64,000 nt of DNA from Candidatus Babeliales bacterium (GCA_963722075.1 CAVRJM010000001.1:64001-128000), one strand, 5' to 3'. Counted from the stretch's first letter, positions 25,785 to 36,529 are shown. Numbers and translations are program-made. Notes: generated by a model from the sequence alone, not told the origin.

Positions 25785-28136
25785 ATGAAAACATTATCGG
25801 TTAAAAATGTTCAAGAAAAAATTCCAGAAATTCTTCCAGTAATACCCACTATGGATGTGGTGGTATTTCCGCATATGATTGTACCGTTATTAGTTCTTGA
25901 TGAGAAAATAATAAAAGGTATTCAGCATGCTATTGAAAACTCAAAGATGATTATGCTTCTTGCAGCAAAAAAAAGAATTGATAACTACCAAGGAGCTATT
26001 GGTACTAAAGATTTATATGAAATTGGTACCGTTGCTTCCATTATGCGTCTTATTAAGATTCCTGAAGGTGGTGTTAAAATCTTGGTGCAAGGATTATGCA
26101 AAGCGCATGTTAAAGAAATTATAGCAAATGAAGATTCATTACATGTGCTTATTGAACCATTTGATTATGAAAATGCTGGTAATGATCCAGAACTATTGGC
26201 GCAAATAAAAAATATTAAAGAGCTTGCTGAAAAGATGAGTAATTCCGGTCAAGCATTTAGCCCGGATTTTTATGATATTATTGCAAAAATGAACGATCCG
26301 CAAAAGATTGCTGATTTCATTCTTTCTCACTTAAATTTAAGCGTTGAAGATGCTCAAATGCTTCTAGAAAAAAAGACCAATAAGGAGTTCTTAGAAGGAA
26401 TTTATTATTTTCTTTCTCGTGAAGTTGAAGTTGCGGAGGTGCAAGAGCGCATTAAGAATCGTGCACGTGAATCGATGAATAAATCTCAAAAAGAGTTTTA
26501 TTTACGTGAGCAGATGAAAGCAATTAAAAAAGAGCTTGGTGAAGATGATATTGAAGAAATAGAAGCTATGCGTGCAAAATTAGCACAATTAGATCTCACT
26601 AAAGAAGCGCACACCGAAGTTAAACGGCAAATTAATCGCTTAGAGCGCACGGCACAAGATTCAATGGAAGCATCAGTGACCAGAAACTATATTGAATGGA
26701 TTTTGGCACTCCCGTGGGGTAAAGAAACGGTCGATAATTTAGAAATAAAACATGCCAAGGATATATTAGACCAAGATCATTATGGTCTTGGGGATATTAA
26801 AGAACGGATTTTAGATTTTATTTCAATACGTAATCTTAAAGAAGATGGGTATACGCCAATTTTGTGTTTCGCAGGGCCTCCAGGGACTGGTAAAACGTCT
26901 TTAGGAGCTTCGATTGCAAAAAGTCTTGGCCGCGAATATTTTAGAGTTTCACTCGGTGGCGTAAAGGATGAAGCAGAGATTCGTGGTCATCGCCGCACCT
27001 ATGTGGGAGCAATGCCTGGTCGTTTTATACAAGGATTTAGAAAAGCTGGATCAATAAATCCGGTTATTATTATTGATGAACTTGATAAAATTGGTGCTGA
27101 TTTCAGAGGTGATCCATCAGCAGCCATGCTTGAAGTATTGGATCCAAGCCAAAATAAAACGTTTTATGACAACTATTTAGGGGTGGCATTTGATCTTTCA
27201 AAAGTGATCTTTATCGCTACCGCTAATAATCTTGAATCAATCTCTGAACCGTTACGTGATCGTATGGAAGTGATACAACTTTCAGGTTATACCATTATGG
27301 AAAAACTCAATATTTGTAAGCATCATCTGATTAAAAAGGCGGTTCATGATACTGGTATTAATCATACCGATATTATTTTTACTGATGATATTATTCATGA
27401 TGTTATTGGTAATTATACCCGTGAAGCAGGGGTGCGCCAATTAGAACGCGTTATTAGAAAAATGTGTTGTAAGGTTGCGCGTTCTATTGTTGAAGAGAAT
27501 AGACGTATAGAATTTACCCAGGATAATATTGAAAAATATCTGGGTCCTCGTAAATTTATTGAAGACTATGTGGAAAATGAGCATCAGGTTGGTATCACCA
27601 ATGGCCTTGCATGGACCCCATATGGCGGTGAGATGATCAAAATTGAAGCCGTGGTAATGCCTGGTAAAGGGAAATTGATATTAACGGGGCAATTGGGAAG
27701 CGTTATGCAAGAATCAGCACAAGCAGCACTTAGTTATGCGCGGGTGCATGCTAAGGCATTAGGTATTAATAAAACAATGTTTACCCAATATGATTTACAT
27801 GTACATGTACCGGCAGGTGGGGTGCCAAAAGACGGGCCTTCTGCTGGTGTTACGCTTCTTTCCTCTATATTATCGGCATTAACACAAAAACCGATCAATG
27901 CTAATTATGCAATGACGGGGGAACTTAATTTACGGGGTAATGTAATGCCTATTGGTGGGGTCAAAGAAAAGATTTTAGCAGCAAAAAGAAACAAAGTACC
28001 GCATGTTATTTTACCGCAAAAAAATAAAAGTGATCTTGTTGGGTTTGAAGAAATAATGCAAGATGTTAATATTATTTGGGTAAATCATGCTCAAGAAGTA
28101 CTTGATCATGTTCTTATCAACCCTAAGAAGCAGTAA
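25785..28136 (+). CDS. lon: ATP-dependent Lon protease
   Basis: GPPGTGKTS, GHRRTYVGAMPGR, DPSAAMLEVLDP, KDGPSAG catalytic Ser, GGVKEK. Confidence 0.98.
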   Translation: MKTLSVKNVQEKIPEILPVIPTMDVVVFPHMIVPLLVLDEKIIKGIQHAIENSKMIMLLAAKKRIDNYQGAIGTKDLYEIGTVASIMRLIKIPEGGVKILVQGLCKAHVKEIIANEDSLHVLIEPFDYENAGNDPELLAQIKNIKELAEKMSNSGQAFSPDFYDIIAKMNDPQKIADFILSHLNLSVEDAQMLLEKKTNKEFLEGIYYFLSREVEVAEVQERIKNRARESMNKSQKEFYLREQMKAIKKELGEDDIEEIEAMRAKLAQLDLTKEAHTEVKRQINRLERTAQDSMEASVTRNYIEWILALPWGKETVDNLEIKHAKDILDQDHYGLGDIKERILDFISIRNLKEDGYTPILCFAGPPGTGKTSLGASIAKSLGREYFRVSLGGVKDEAEIRGHRRTYVGAMPGRFIQGFRKAGSINPVIIIDELDKIGADFRGDPSAAMLEVLDPSQNKTFYDNYLGVAFDLSKVIFIATANNLESISEPLRDRMEVIQLSGYTIMEKLNICKHHLIKKAVHDTGINHTDIIFTDDIIHDVIGNYTREAGVRQLERVIRKMCCKVARSIVEENRRIEFTQDNIEKYLGPRKFIEDYVENEHQVGITNGLAWTPYGGEMIKIEAVVMPGKGKLILTGQLGSVMQESAQAALSYARVHAKALGINKTMFTQYDLHVHVPAGGVPKDGPSAGVTLLSSILSALTQKPINANYAMTGELNLRGNVMPIGGVKEKILAAKRNKVPHVILPQKNKSDLVGFEEIMQDVNIIWVNHAQEVLDHVLINPKKQ

Positions 28137-28149
28137 ATTATCATTATAA

Positions 28150-29247
28150 ATGAAAATAGTAACAGTAGGCGGCGCCACGCAGGATATTTTTTTACATTAT
28201 GAAGATGGGCAAACCATCGAAATTGAAAGCAAATTTGAAAAAAAATCCTTCCTGTTATTGCAGGAAGGATCAAAAATAGAGATAAAACAGCTTTCATATT
28301 GCATTGGGGGTGGCGCTACTAATACTGCGGTTTCATTTAGACGCTTAGGATTTGAAGTAGCTTCATTTTTTAAAGTTGGAGCTGATGATCAGGGTGCCCT
28401 TATTTTAAAATCACTTGAAAAAGAAGGAATTGATGTTAGTTATTGTCTCATAGATGATACGGCACAAACAGGAGTTTCTTATATTATTCCATCGCACACG
28501 GGCGATCGCACCATACTTGCTTACCGTGGTGCCAACGCGGCATTAAAAAAAGAGGAAATTCCTGAAACACTGTTTGATAAAAGTTCATTGTTATATATTA
28601 CTTCATTAAGTGGTCGATCTTCACACATACTATTGCCATTATGTCAAGAAGCAAAAAAGAAGGGTTTATTAGTTGCTACAAATCCTGGAACGAGCCAATT
28701 AATGGCTGGCGCACAGGATATTCGCCGTTCATTACCATCCATTGATATTTTTATTTTGAATCGTGATGAAGCAGCACTGTTGCTGATGAGCATACTCGAA
28801 TCTGAAGAAAACGTACCTACACAATTAAAGCAAAAAGTAGCTTCCCAAGAAAAGCTACCATCATTATTACAGTATTTATGTACGTATAAAGAGTATTGTT
28901 TTAATGTAGTTCATTTTTTCCAAACCATTAGTTCATTTGGTCCTAAAACAATTGTGGTTACCAATGGTGCTGAAGGAGTTTATGTATTTTGTGGAGGAAT
29001 TATCTATTTTCATCCAAGTGTTCCAATAAAACCAGTAAGCACGGTAGGTGCTGGTGATGCATTTGGTTCAGCATTTGTAGCAGGTTTGTTGAAATATGAT
29101 TCAATAGAATATGCAATACGTGCGGGCATTTTAAATAGTGTTTCGGTAATAACGCATAGTGATGCAAAAGAAGGATTGTTAACTGCACAGCAGTTAGAAA
29201 AAGAGATGAGTAGATTAGATAAAGATTTGTTACAAATTTTTAAATAA
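28150..29247 (+). CDS. PfkB-family carbohydrate kinase
   Basis: GGGATNTAV, VVTNGAEG, STVGAGDAFGSAF signature. Confidence 0.92.
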   Translation: MKIVTVGGATQDIFLHYEDGQTIEIESKFEKKSFLLLQEGSKIEIKQLSYCIGGGATNTAVSFRRLGFEVASFFKVGADDQGALILKSLEKEGIDVSYCLIDDTAQTGVSYIIPSHTGDRTILAYRGANAALKKEEIPETLFDKSSLLYITSLSGRSSHILLPLCQEAKKKGLLVATNPGTSQLMAGAQDIRRSLPSIDIFILNRDEAALLLMSILESEENVPTQLKQKVASQEKLPSLLQYLCTYKEYCFNVVHFFQTISSFGPKTIVVTNGAEGVYVFCGGIIYFHPSVPIKPVSTVGAGDAFGSAFVAGLLKYDSIEYAIRAGILNSVSVITHSDAKEGLLTAQQLEKEMSRLDKDLLQIFK

Positions 29248-29280
29248 AAAAAGCCTGTATTTTTCGTACAGGCTTTTTTT
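29246..29280. terminator. Bidirectional intrinsic terminator
   Basis: AAAAAAAGCCTGTA-TTTTTCG-TACAGGCTTTTTTT between convergent genes. Confidence 0.85.
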
Positions 29281-29305
29281 ATTATTCGAATTTTCCGAAC
29301 GTTTT

Positions 29306-30031
29306 TTATTTTGTTTTACCGTCTATGATGTCGTTTAAGGCTTTAGTTGTTTTAGATTGTGCCGCAGCTTTTTCAGCTTCTATTTGCTCAAGCAATCGTG
29401 ATCTCTCTTGACTAAGATCATTATATTCTTTGTCAATAGTGATAGAAGAATTGCAGAGACCAAGTTCCGCTAAACGAGTGTCTATTTGATCTAATTGCAT
29501 ATCTGCTGTCGCTTTTGTAGGAATTGAATCGGTAGGGAATACGGTTTTGATATTAATGATTCTAATCCATTTACCATTCCCTTTATCGAGCTTTAATGTA
29601 TGCGAATTTTCAAGAGCAAAAGCTATTCTACCTAAAATTTGGTCTGTTGTTTCATTATCTTTTTTAATTTTTGCTATTAATGCTAAATTTTCAAGTTTTA
29701 GATAGCCAAATCCTAGTGCTGCAATTGAGCATGCAGCTTTTCTTTCATTTACCCAATTCCATATACCTTGAGTAAAATTCCAAACAAGTTTTGGAGAATT
29801 CTTTATATAGGAATTTTGAAATCCATTTTTATAAACATTGTAGCCATCAATTAGTATACAACTGCCTACTGCAATTCCACCTACCCAAGATGCATAGTAT
29901 TTCATATTAAAAGGAGCGGCAGCCGGTTTTGAGGAGCCTGCATCACTTGTCTTCATACCATACATTTGTAAGGAGCAACTCAGCAATAAAAGTGTAGAAA
30001 TTTTTCCAATAAAATTCATGATTTTCCTCAT
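29306..30031 (-). CDS. Hypothetical secreted membrane protein (NxYKNG family, copy 3)
   Basis: Signal peptide ending MYG-MKT; IDGYNVYKNGFQNSYIKNS motif; C-terminal coiled coil. Confidence 0.75.
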   Translation of the reverse strand: MRKIMNFIGKISTLLLLSCSLQMYGMKTSDAGSSKPAAAPFNMKYYASWVGGIAVGSCILIDGYNVYKNGFQNSYIKNSPKLVWNFTQGIWNWVNERKAACSIAALGFGYLKLENLALIAKIKKDNETTDQILGRIAFALENSHTLKLDKGNGKWIRIINIKTVFPTDSIPTKATADMQLDQIDTRLAELGLCNSSITIDKEYNDLSQERSRLLEQIEAEKAAAQSKTTKALNDIIDGKTK

Positions 30032-30143
30032 GGTTAAAATAAAAAAATATAATCACAAAAGATTATATAAAAAATTTAAAAATATACAATCAACATTTTA
30101 ATGAAGAATGTTGTATTAATACAAGAAAAGATGTAAAAAAGTC

Positions 30144-30731
30144 TCAGTCAACGCCTTTTGAAATAGGTGACGGTAAGTCATTGTTCGATTCCTGTTGTGC
30201 TATTTGCAATAGATTACGGCATAACATTTGTTGTGCATCTTCTATCTCTTGGGGCAACATACCAAATGCTGGTCCGAAAATTGCCATAGATTGTTGTGCA
30301 ATATCCATTTGTTGTGCCATATCAATAGGATTCAGCTGTAATTGTTCAGAACCCGCACCTAGGTTTGCATAATATTTAAGCGGATTATAAATTGTTTTTT
30401 CTAGCAGATAAATTTTTCTATGTAAATAAGCATTCCATAATCCAAAGGTTGCTCCCCATCCAATAACTGCCTGTTTCAAATCATGTAACGTCACCATGTT
30501 TTTACCAAAACGCCAGATTGATTGTAATGAGTTCTTTAGATAGGAATGTTCTAAACCATTTTTATAAATATTGATACTATCAAAAAGAGCAAAACACGTT
30601 CCTAAACCAGTAATTGTCCAACCAATATTTTTTTTAGTTAAAAAAGAACTATTCTTCCGTTCCATTCCATATAATGGTACTGCTGCGCAAAATAATAGTA
30701 AAAAACTAAAATATTTTTGGCTTTTATTCAT
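30144..30731 (-). CDS. Hypothetical secreted membrane protein (NxYKNG family, copy 2)
   Basis: Signal peptide ending LYG-MER; GLGTCFALFDSINIYKNGLEHSYLKNS. Confidence 0.75.
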   Translation of the reverse strand: MNKSQKYFSFLLLFCAAVPLYGMERKNSSFLTKKNIGWTITGLGTCFALFDSINIYKNGLEHSYLKNSLQSIWRFGKNMVTLHDLKQAVIGWGATFGLWNAYLHRKIYLLEKTIYNPLKYYANLGAGSEQLQLNPIDMAQQMDIAQQSMAIFGPAFGMLPQEIEDAQQMLCRNLLQIAQQESNNDLPSPISKGVD

Positions 30732-30879
30732 GTTTTCTCCTTTATAAATATAATATTATTATTTTATATACCCTTATTTTTTATACCTTATGAATTTTTT
30801 GCTCTTAAGTGTAAGAAAATGGTATATGATAAAAATAAATTCACCAAATGATTATCAGACAATTCCATATTAGAAAATT

Positions 30880-31815
30880 TTAAAGGCGATCTTTCCCTTT
30901 ATTATTTGATGAATTTTCTGAGGAAGAATCCTGTAAAGCATTATTATTTATCTTAGATTCATCAATTTGTATTGTCCATGAATCGGATAGAGGTTGCCAC
31001 TTCCAATAATCCTTATATTGTTTCTTTTTACACACAGTTAGTGCTTTAAATTGTTGTTGAATTTGATCAAAAGCTTTCTGGTATTCGTTTTTGGTAACAA
31101 AATTTTCCGAGAGTTCATTTGATTGTTTTTTAATTTCGTTTAACACTTCAATTAGCTGTTTATTTTGTTCAAACATGATCTGATAATCAGAGTTAATTCG
31201 TTTATTATTTGAATAATCTTTATACCAGCGCCATCCATTAAAAATAGCGCATGTGGCAAATAAGGTATGGAATGCTTTTTTGGGATGTTGTACGGTCCAA
31301 AGATTTTTTGCAAGATTCCATGCAGTATTTGAAGATTGCTTAATATAAGAATGCTCATAACCATTTTTATAAATATTTAAGCAATCAAAAAGTGTAAAGC
31401 AGGCACCCAATCCAATCATGCTGCCATACAATGTTTTTTTGGAGAACCATGAAGAATAAGGGGAAGGTGTAGGGTTGTTTGCTTCTTGGGGATTGGATAA
31501 AGAATTGATTTGTTGATCCATTTTATCAGGTTCTGGGTTTGTTCTGGTGATTGTATTTCCGTCAAGAAGTTGTGTACCATTTGATCTACCTGGAACTGTT
31601 TTACTGGTATGGTGATTATTTTTTACCGTTGTTTCGGTTACGGTACGTTTTATAGAATTTTCACCTTCGTCATTTGTTCTATTACGTTCTATTACGAATG
31701 CATCTGTTTCGTTAACTAAAGTTTGCCTTACTGATTTTTGATCCAGTTCCATACTCCAAAGCTGTGGCACGTAACTAAATAGTCCTAAAATCATTATTTT
31801 TGCATATTTATTCAT
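30880..31815 (-). CDS. Hypothetical secreted membrane protein (NxYKNG family, copy 1)
   Basis: Signal peptide ending LWS-MEL; GLGACFTLFDCLNIYKNGYEHSYIKQS; coiled coil. Confidence 0.75.
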   Translation of the reverse strand: MNKYAKIMILGLFSYVPQLWSMELDQKSVRQTLVNETDAFVIERNRTNDEGENSIKRTVTETTVKNNHHTSKTVPGRSNGTQLLDGNTITRTNPEPDKMDQQINSLSNPQEANNPTPSPYSSWFSKKTLYGSMIGLGACFTLFDCLNIYKNGYEHSYIKQSSNTAWNLAKNLWTVQHPKKAFHTLFATCAIFNGWRWYKDYSNNKRINSDYQIMFEQNKQLIEVLNEIKKQSNELSENFVTKNEYQKAFDQIQQQFKALTVCKKKQYKDYWKWQPLSDSWTIQIDESKINNNALQDSSSENSSNNKGKDRL

Positions 31816-31972
31816 AATGTTCCCTTATAATGGAATTTTGTTTTCGTTCCAGATAAGTATATAAAAAATAATTAAATATACCATTATGAAATTTAAAAAA
31901 GGGCTGTTTTATATCCCTATTATTTTTTATACAATTAATTATGATTAAAAATATGGCTTACCGTAGGGTATA

Positions 31973-32713
31973 ATGGTACATAAATCAATAATTTCGTTAC
32001 ATACTGTTTTTAAAGAATTTAAACAAACTACCAATTCTTTATCTGTTTTAAAAAAAATTACTGTTGAGTTTGAACAAGCTAAAACGTATGCAATTACTGG
32101 GCCTTCAGGATCAGGAAAATCAACGCTCTTGCAATTAATTGCGGGCATTGAATTACCCACCAGTGGAACTATTTGTTTTAATAACGAAGACATTGCAGCG
32201 CAATCAGCGCACGCAAAACAAGCATTTTATAATAAAACGCTGGGTATTGTTTTTCAGCTTCCCTATTTAATTAATGAATTAACGGTATTAGAAAATGTGA
32301 TGCTTAAGCAGCTCATTAAACCAGATAATAAAAAAGCTAAAGAAGAAGCATATCTATTATTAGAGCAATTAGGGATTATTGATAAAGCAGCTTGGTACCC
32401 CCAGCGGCTATCAGGGGGACAGCAGCAGCGGGTGGCATTGGCACGGGCCTTACTTAATAAGCCGGCTTTTCTATTAGCCGATGAGCCTACTGGTAATCTA
32501 GATGAACATAATGCGCAAAGCCTTATTGAATTGCTTTTCAGTTATCAGCGGGAGTACCAAATGGGTCTTATTATAAGCTCGCATGATTATGCAGTTATTG
32601 ATAAAATGGAGATGGTAATGACTCTCAATGATGGTTTTTTATTTCACCAAAATAAGGAATTAGGATATGGCAAAAGAATCAACGATTATCGTCAACCAAG
32701 CAACAGCGCATAA
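31973..32713 (+). CDS. lolD: ABC transporter ATP-binding protein, LolD-like
   Basis: GPSGSGKST, LSGGQQQRVALARAL, LLADEPTGNLD; no permease gene adjacent. Confidence 0.75.
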   Translation: MVHKSIISLHTVFKEFKQTTNSLSVLKKITVEFEQAKTYAITGPSGSGKSTLLQLIAGIELPTSGTICFNNEDIAAQSAHAKQAFYNKTLGIVFQLPYLINELTVLENVMLKQLIKPDNKKAKEEAYLLLEQLGIIDKAAWYPQRLSGGQQQRVALARALLNKPAFLLADEPTGNLDEHNAQSLIELLFSYQREYQMGLIISSHDYAVIDKMEMVMTLNDGFLFHQNKELGYGKRINDYRQPSNSA

Positions 32714-34385
32714 TGAATCGCTAACTAAAAAAAATCTTATTAGTAAAATGATTCAAGTGGGTTCTTCCACGCTTATGAGCCGTATACTGGGATTAGCACG
32801 TGAACTTTTAATGTCACGATATTTGGGAGTGGGTGAAATCGCTGATGCATTTATTACCGCCTTTAAAATTCCTAATTCATTGCGTAAAATATTCGCTGAA
32901 GGTGCATTAAGCGCTGCTTGTATTCCAACCTTTATTTCTGTTATGAAAAAAGAATCTCAAAAAGAAGCTCAAAAAGAAGCAAGCGCCTTAATGTCACTTT
33001 CATTTTTATTTTTTGAGGGAATATTGTTAACCCTTTGCTTATTGGTATTCTGGCAGACAGAATGGGTTATTCGCCTTATTGCGCCGGGGTGGTTTTTGGT
33101 GCCTGGTGCAAAAATATTTCATTCTACTATACCGATACTCGGTGCACTCTTTGAATGGATCGCGCCAGCCTGGTATGTAGAAGCTTCCCTTACTGCTCAA
33201 ATCATTCATGCTATCGACTTTTTACATATTTTGATTGCTTTTATTATTTTTCTTTCCTGTAGCGCCTTACTGGCTGGTGCCTTACAATCAGTAAATCATT
33301 TTTTTGTTCCTGCTATTGGGCCGGTGCTTTTAAATATTGCTTTTATTGGTGGATTACTAGCATGCCTTAAAGTAGGCTTATCCATACAAGGATTATGTTA
33401 TTGTATTCTATTAGGCGGTTTTTTACAGTTTGTATTGCATATTATAATGTATTTTAAATTGCGCTTTTCTTTTGCAATGCCAACCACCAGTACATGGGTG
33501 CATTTTAATGCCATCTTAAAAAAATTCTTACCATGCTTACTGAGTATGAGTATTTTAGAGTTGAATTTATTTATGAGTACTACGTTAGCAACGTATTTGC
33601 CTAAAGGTTCAATTTCGTTATTAAACTATACCAACCGATTCATGGGCATTCCACTTGGAGTATTAGTTGGTACTTTTTCTACAATTCTACTCCCTTATTT
33701 TTCACGGGTGAGCATCTATGCACCGCGTCGATTGGGGGTATATTTATTTGAAGCATCAAAAATGGTTTTCTGGGTTACCATTCCCTGTACGCTTATTATG
33801 AGTATTCTTGCGCAAAAAATTTTTCAGACTATTTTCTTATCAGATAAATTTTCACTCATGCATGTAGAGCAAGCAGGTCAATTATTAACTATTTTTTTAA
33901 GCGGATTATTCTTCTTTTCTTTATATAAAATTTTACTCAATATCTACTATGCACTCCATGATACCAAGACGCCGTGCTATATTTCCGTCGCTGTATTGGG
34001 AATCAATTACGCTTTATGCAAATTACTTACGCCATTCTTTGAGGTACATGGATTGGCGCTTGCATTTGTTCTTACCAATATAATTCATGTGAGTTTATTT
34101 ACCTTATTTCTATACAGAAATTTTAACTTATCGCTCTATATTAAACCGTTTTTAGAATTTGCAGCCCATGCTTCACTACAAATAATGATGGTAGTTGGGT
34201 TATTTATTATATTGTATCAGGGCGGACAATTTTTTATTTATCATGCAATGTCCGATTGGTATGCGCACTTTTTATTAAATAAGTTTGGTTTTTGGTTGTG
34301 GGTTGGGCCATTATGTGGACTTTCAATAGCATTGCTTATAAAAACAAGAAGATTATTTAATGTTGAGCTTTATTTTCTGGATTGA
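32667..34385 (+). CDS. murJ: Lipid II flippase MurJ (MviN)
   Basis: SRILGLARE, ADAFITAFKIPNSLRKIFAEGALSAA, YYALHDTKTP; many TM helices. Confidence 0.95.
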   Translation: MAKESTIIVNQATAHNESLTKKNLISKMIQVGSSTLMSRILGLARELLMSRYLGVGEIADAFITAFKIPNSLRKIFAEGALSAACIPTFISVMKKESQKEAQKEASALMSLSFLFFEGILLTLCLLVFWQTEWVIRLIAPGWFLVPGAKIFHSTIPILGALFEWIAPAWYVEASLTAQIIHAIDFLHILIAFIIFLSCSALLAGALQSVNHFFVPAIGPVLLNIAFIGGLLACLKVGLSIQGLCYCILLGGFLQFVLHIIMYFKLRFSFAMPTTSTWVHFNAILKKFLPCLLSMSILELNLFMSTTLATYLPKGSISLLNYTNRFMGIPLGVLVGTFSTILLPYFSRVSIYAPRRLGVYLFEASKMVFWVTIPCTLIMSILAQKIFQTIFLSDKFSLMHVEQAGQLLTIFLSGLFFFSLYKILLNIYYALHDTKTPCYISVAVLGINYALCKLLTPFFEVHGLALAFVLTNIIHVSLFTLFLYRNFNLSLYIKPFLEFAAHASLQIMMVVGLFIILYQGGQFFIYHAMSDWYAHFLLNKFGFWLWVGPLCGLSIALLIKTRRLFNVELYFLD

Positions 34386-34391
34386 TAGCGT

Positions 34392-34829
34392 ATGAGAACA
34401 GAATATTCTGCCGGAGTGGTTATTTTCTATAAAGAGAAGCGTACTTTACTATTCTTATTGTTACAGTATGAGCGGCAAACAAAAGATTCTCCGTATTGGG
34501 ATTTGCCAAAAGGGCATATTGAAAAAGGCGAATCAAGGCAAGAAACAGCATTGCGAGAATTAAAAGAAGAAACGGGATTGGAAGGAACCATACTACCGGG
34601 TTTCCAAGAGGAATTTACTTATTATTTTAAAGATCCAAAAACAGATGAATTGGTACATAAAACGGTCTATTTTTTCATTGCCCAAGCGTTCAGCAAAAAT
34701 GTCCAGTTGTCATTTGAACATAGCGGGTATGAATGGCTTACGTATAGAAAAGCTGTAAATCAATTGACCTACAAGAATGCAAAAGAATTGCTTAAAAAAG
34801 TGTATGAATTTCTAAAAGAGCGGAAATAA
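34392..34829 (+). CDS. Nudix hydrolase (Ap4A hydrolase-like)
   Basis: Nudix box WDLPKGHIEKGESRQETALRELKEETGL; LSFEH. Confidence 0.92.
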   Translation: MRTEYSAGVVIFYKEKRTLLFLLLQYERQTKDSPYWDLPKGHIEKGESRQETALRELKEETGLEGTILPGFQEEFTYYFKDPKTDELVHKTVYFFIAQAFSKNVQLSFEHSGYEWLTYRKAVNQLTYKNAKELLKKVYEFLKERK

Positions 34830-34830
34830 T

Positions 34831-34907
<77 letters not shown>

Positions 34908-34937
34908 TCGAATTTCAAGAACTTATTGATAATCCCA

Positions 34938-34965
34938 ATAGTACAGCCTTTTTTCATATTGTCAA
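34938..34965 (-). promoter_or_regulatory. Sigma70-type promoter of tRNA-fMet
   Basis: TTGACA-16 nt-TACTAT on the minus strand. Confidence 0.7.
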
Positions 34966-34978
34966 ATTAAATTATAGT

Positions 34979-36082
34979 TTAAAAATCTAAATTGTGGGCT
35001 GATTGTTTTATATTTTCTCTTGTTAGTCCAATCATTTGTAGGATTATGGAGAAATCATTAAATGATGGTGATGGCATTGCCAGACGAGAAAAAGAGGTTC
35101 CGCATATGTTATCCCCTTCTAAGGATGGTATGCATTTTTGAATAAGAGGTAGTTCAGGCATCTTAAAACAGATATTTGGTGAGCAACAGCATGCTAAGAT
35201 ACCTACGGTGGTTGAGCAGAGAATGCAGGTGCAAAGAAGCGGTACTAAAATAGGCTTTGAAGCTATACATCCTAAAATCGTTGATAAGCAGCACATAGAA
35301 GAAGCACACGCTTGTTCAAGCGGTACACAATAACGACTTGTCGCGATACAATTGATGACAAGATTTGAACGATATTTCCGCTGCATAACATATCGATATA
35401 ATCTTTCCAACAGCTCTTGACGTAGTAAGCAATAATCAACTTTGCTAATATTCTCTTCAATGAGCGAAGGGGGAGTAAGTGTATTATCTTGGTAATCATC
35501 TAATATTTTTGCACATCCATATTCATTAATTAACCAGCAACGGAGGCATGCATGAAGCAATTGTAGATCATTAAAATAAGGAGATGGTTGTTTTAATTTT
35601 CTGCCAAATTGCAAAGCTCGTCGCAATAGTTTTTCTTTAGGTAAAGTTTGCTCTTTTATACCTTTAATTAAGCATTTTACGTGATACAATGCGAGCTTGT
35701 TGCTTGATTGGTTTACCGTTTCTTTTGTTAGGTATTTAAGATGTATAAAATAAGCCAATGCTGCATTATCAAGAAAAGGAACGATATAAGCGATGATTTC
35801 ACGCGGTAAATTTAGAAAGCGTTCCATTAATTCTTTTGTTTCTTTTGAAATAGGAGTACGGGGCTTAGGTTGGTTTGATGATTTTGCTAATAACGGCGTG
35901 TGCTCATTATAGTCATCATAATCCTCTTGATCGATATCTGATAATAAGGTAGCAATTCCTTCCTGAAAATCATGAGCGTAGTACGGCTTTGATGAAGAGG
36001 CTTCCATTTCCCACTCCATGCCCAGCAAAGAAAAAGATGATAACCAAAGTACGCAAAAAAGTATTGAATGAGTTATTTTCAT
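34979..36082 (-). CDS. Secreted F-box-like protein with Cys-rich hydrophobic C-terminal segment
   Basis: Signal peptide ending LLG-MEW; FLNLPREIIAYIVPFLD; CASSMCCLSTILGCIA...LCTCILCSTTVGILACCC. Confidence 0.7.
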   Translation of the reverse strand: MKITHSILFCVLWLSSFSLLGMEWEMEASSSKPYYAHDFQEGIATLLSDIDQEDYDDYNEHTPLLAKSSNQPKPRTPISKETKELMERFLNLPREIIAYIVPFLDNAALAYFIHLKYLTKETVNQSSNKLALYHVKCLIKGIKEQTLPKEKLLRRALQFGRKLKQPSPYFNDLQLLHACLRCWLINEYGCAKILDDYQDNTLTPPSLIEENISKVDYCLLRQELLERLYRYVMQRKYRSNLVINCIATSRYCVPLEQACASSMCCLSTILGCIASKPILVPLLCTCILCSTTVGILACCCSPNICFKMPELPLIQKCIPSLEGDNICGTSFSRLAMPSPSFNDFSIILQMIGLTRENIKQSAHNLDF

Positions 36083-36492
36083 TTTGAAGGTTCCTTATTT
36101 ATTCTTTCTAAAACAACCACGGCGGTGGCATATGATTTATTATGAGTCAAAGAAAGATGTGCGTGAATAGTTTCTTTATGTATCAAGAATTCAGATAGTT
36201 GATCCCATTGTATTTGAAGGTAGGGAGCATTGAGCTGATTATGGATAATTTCAACTTTTTTACAAATAGTTAAAAAAGGAGCTTTTTGCGTACTGCTTGT
36301 TGAAAAAGCCTTAAAAAAGGCTTCTTTGGCTGCAAATCGTACCGCAAAACGTTCTGCATTTTTAATTTTATTACTAAGGCAATATCCAATTTCCACTGCA
36401 GAAAACACCTTTAAAAGGGTTTTTTGTGGGTATTGATGCCAGAGATTAAACCGGGATATTTCTATAGAATCGATACCGAGCGCAATAATCAT
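36079..36492 (-). CDS. acpS: Holo-[acyl-carrier-protein] synthase
   Basis: LGIDSIEISR, FAVRFAAKEAFFKA, HLSLTH...ATAVVVLE. Confidence 0.95.
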   Translation of the reverse strand: MIIALGIDSIEISRFNLWHQYPQKTLLKVFSAVEIGYCLSNKIKNAERFAVRFAAKEAFFKAFSTSSTQKAPFLTICKKVEIIHNQLNAPYLQIQWDQLSEFLIHKETIHAHLSLTHNKSYATAVVVLERINKEPSK

Positions 36493-36501
36493 AATTTCAG
36501 A

Positions 36502-36529
36502 TTGACATTAATTTTATATGTGATATTAT
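36502..36529 (+). promoter_or_regulatory. Sigma70-type promoter
   Basis: TTGACA-16 nt-TATTAT with extended TG, upstream of 36579. Confidence 0.6.
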
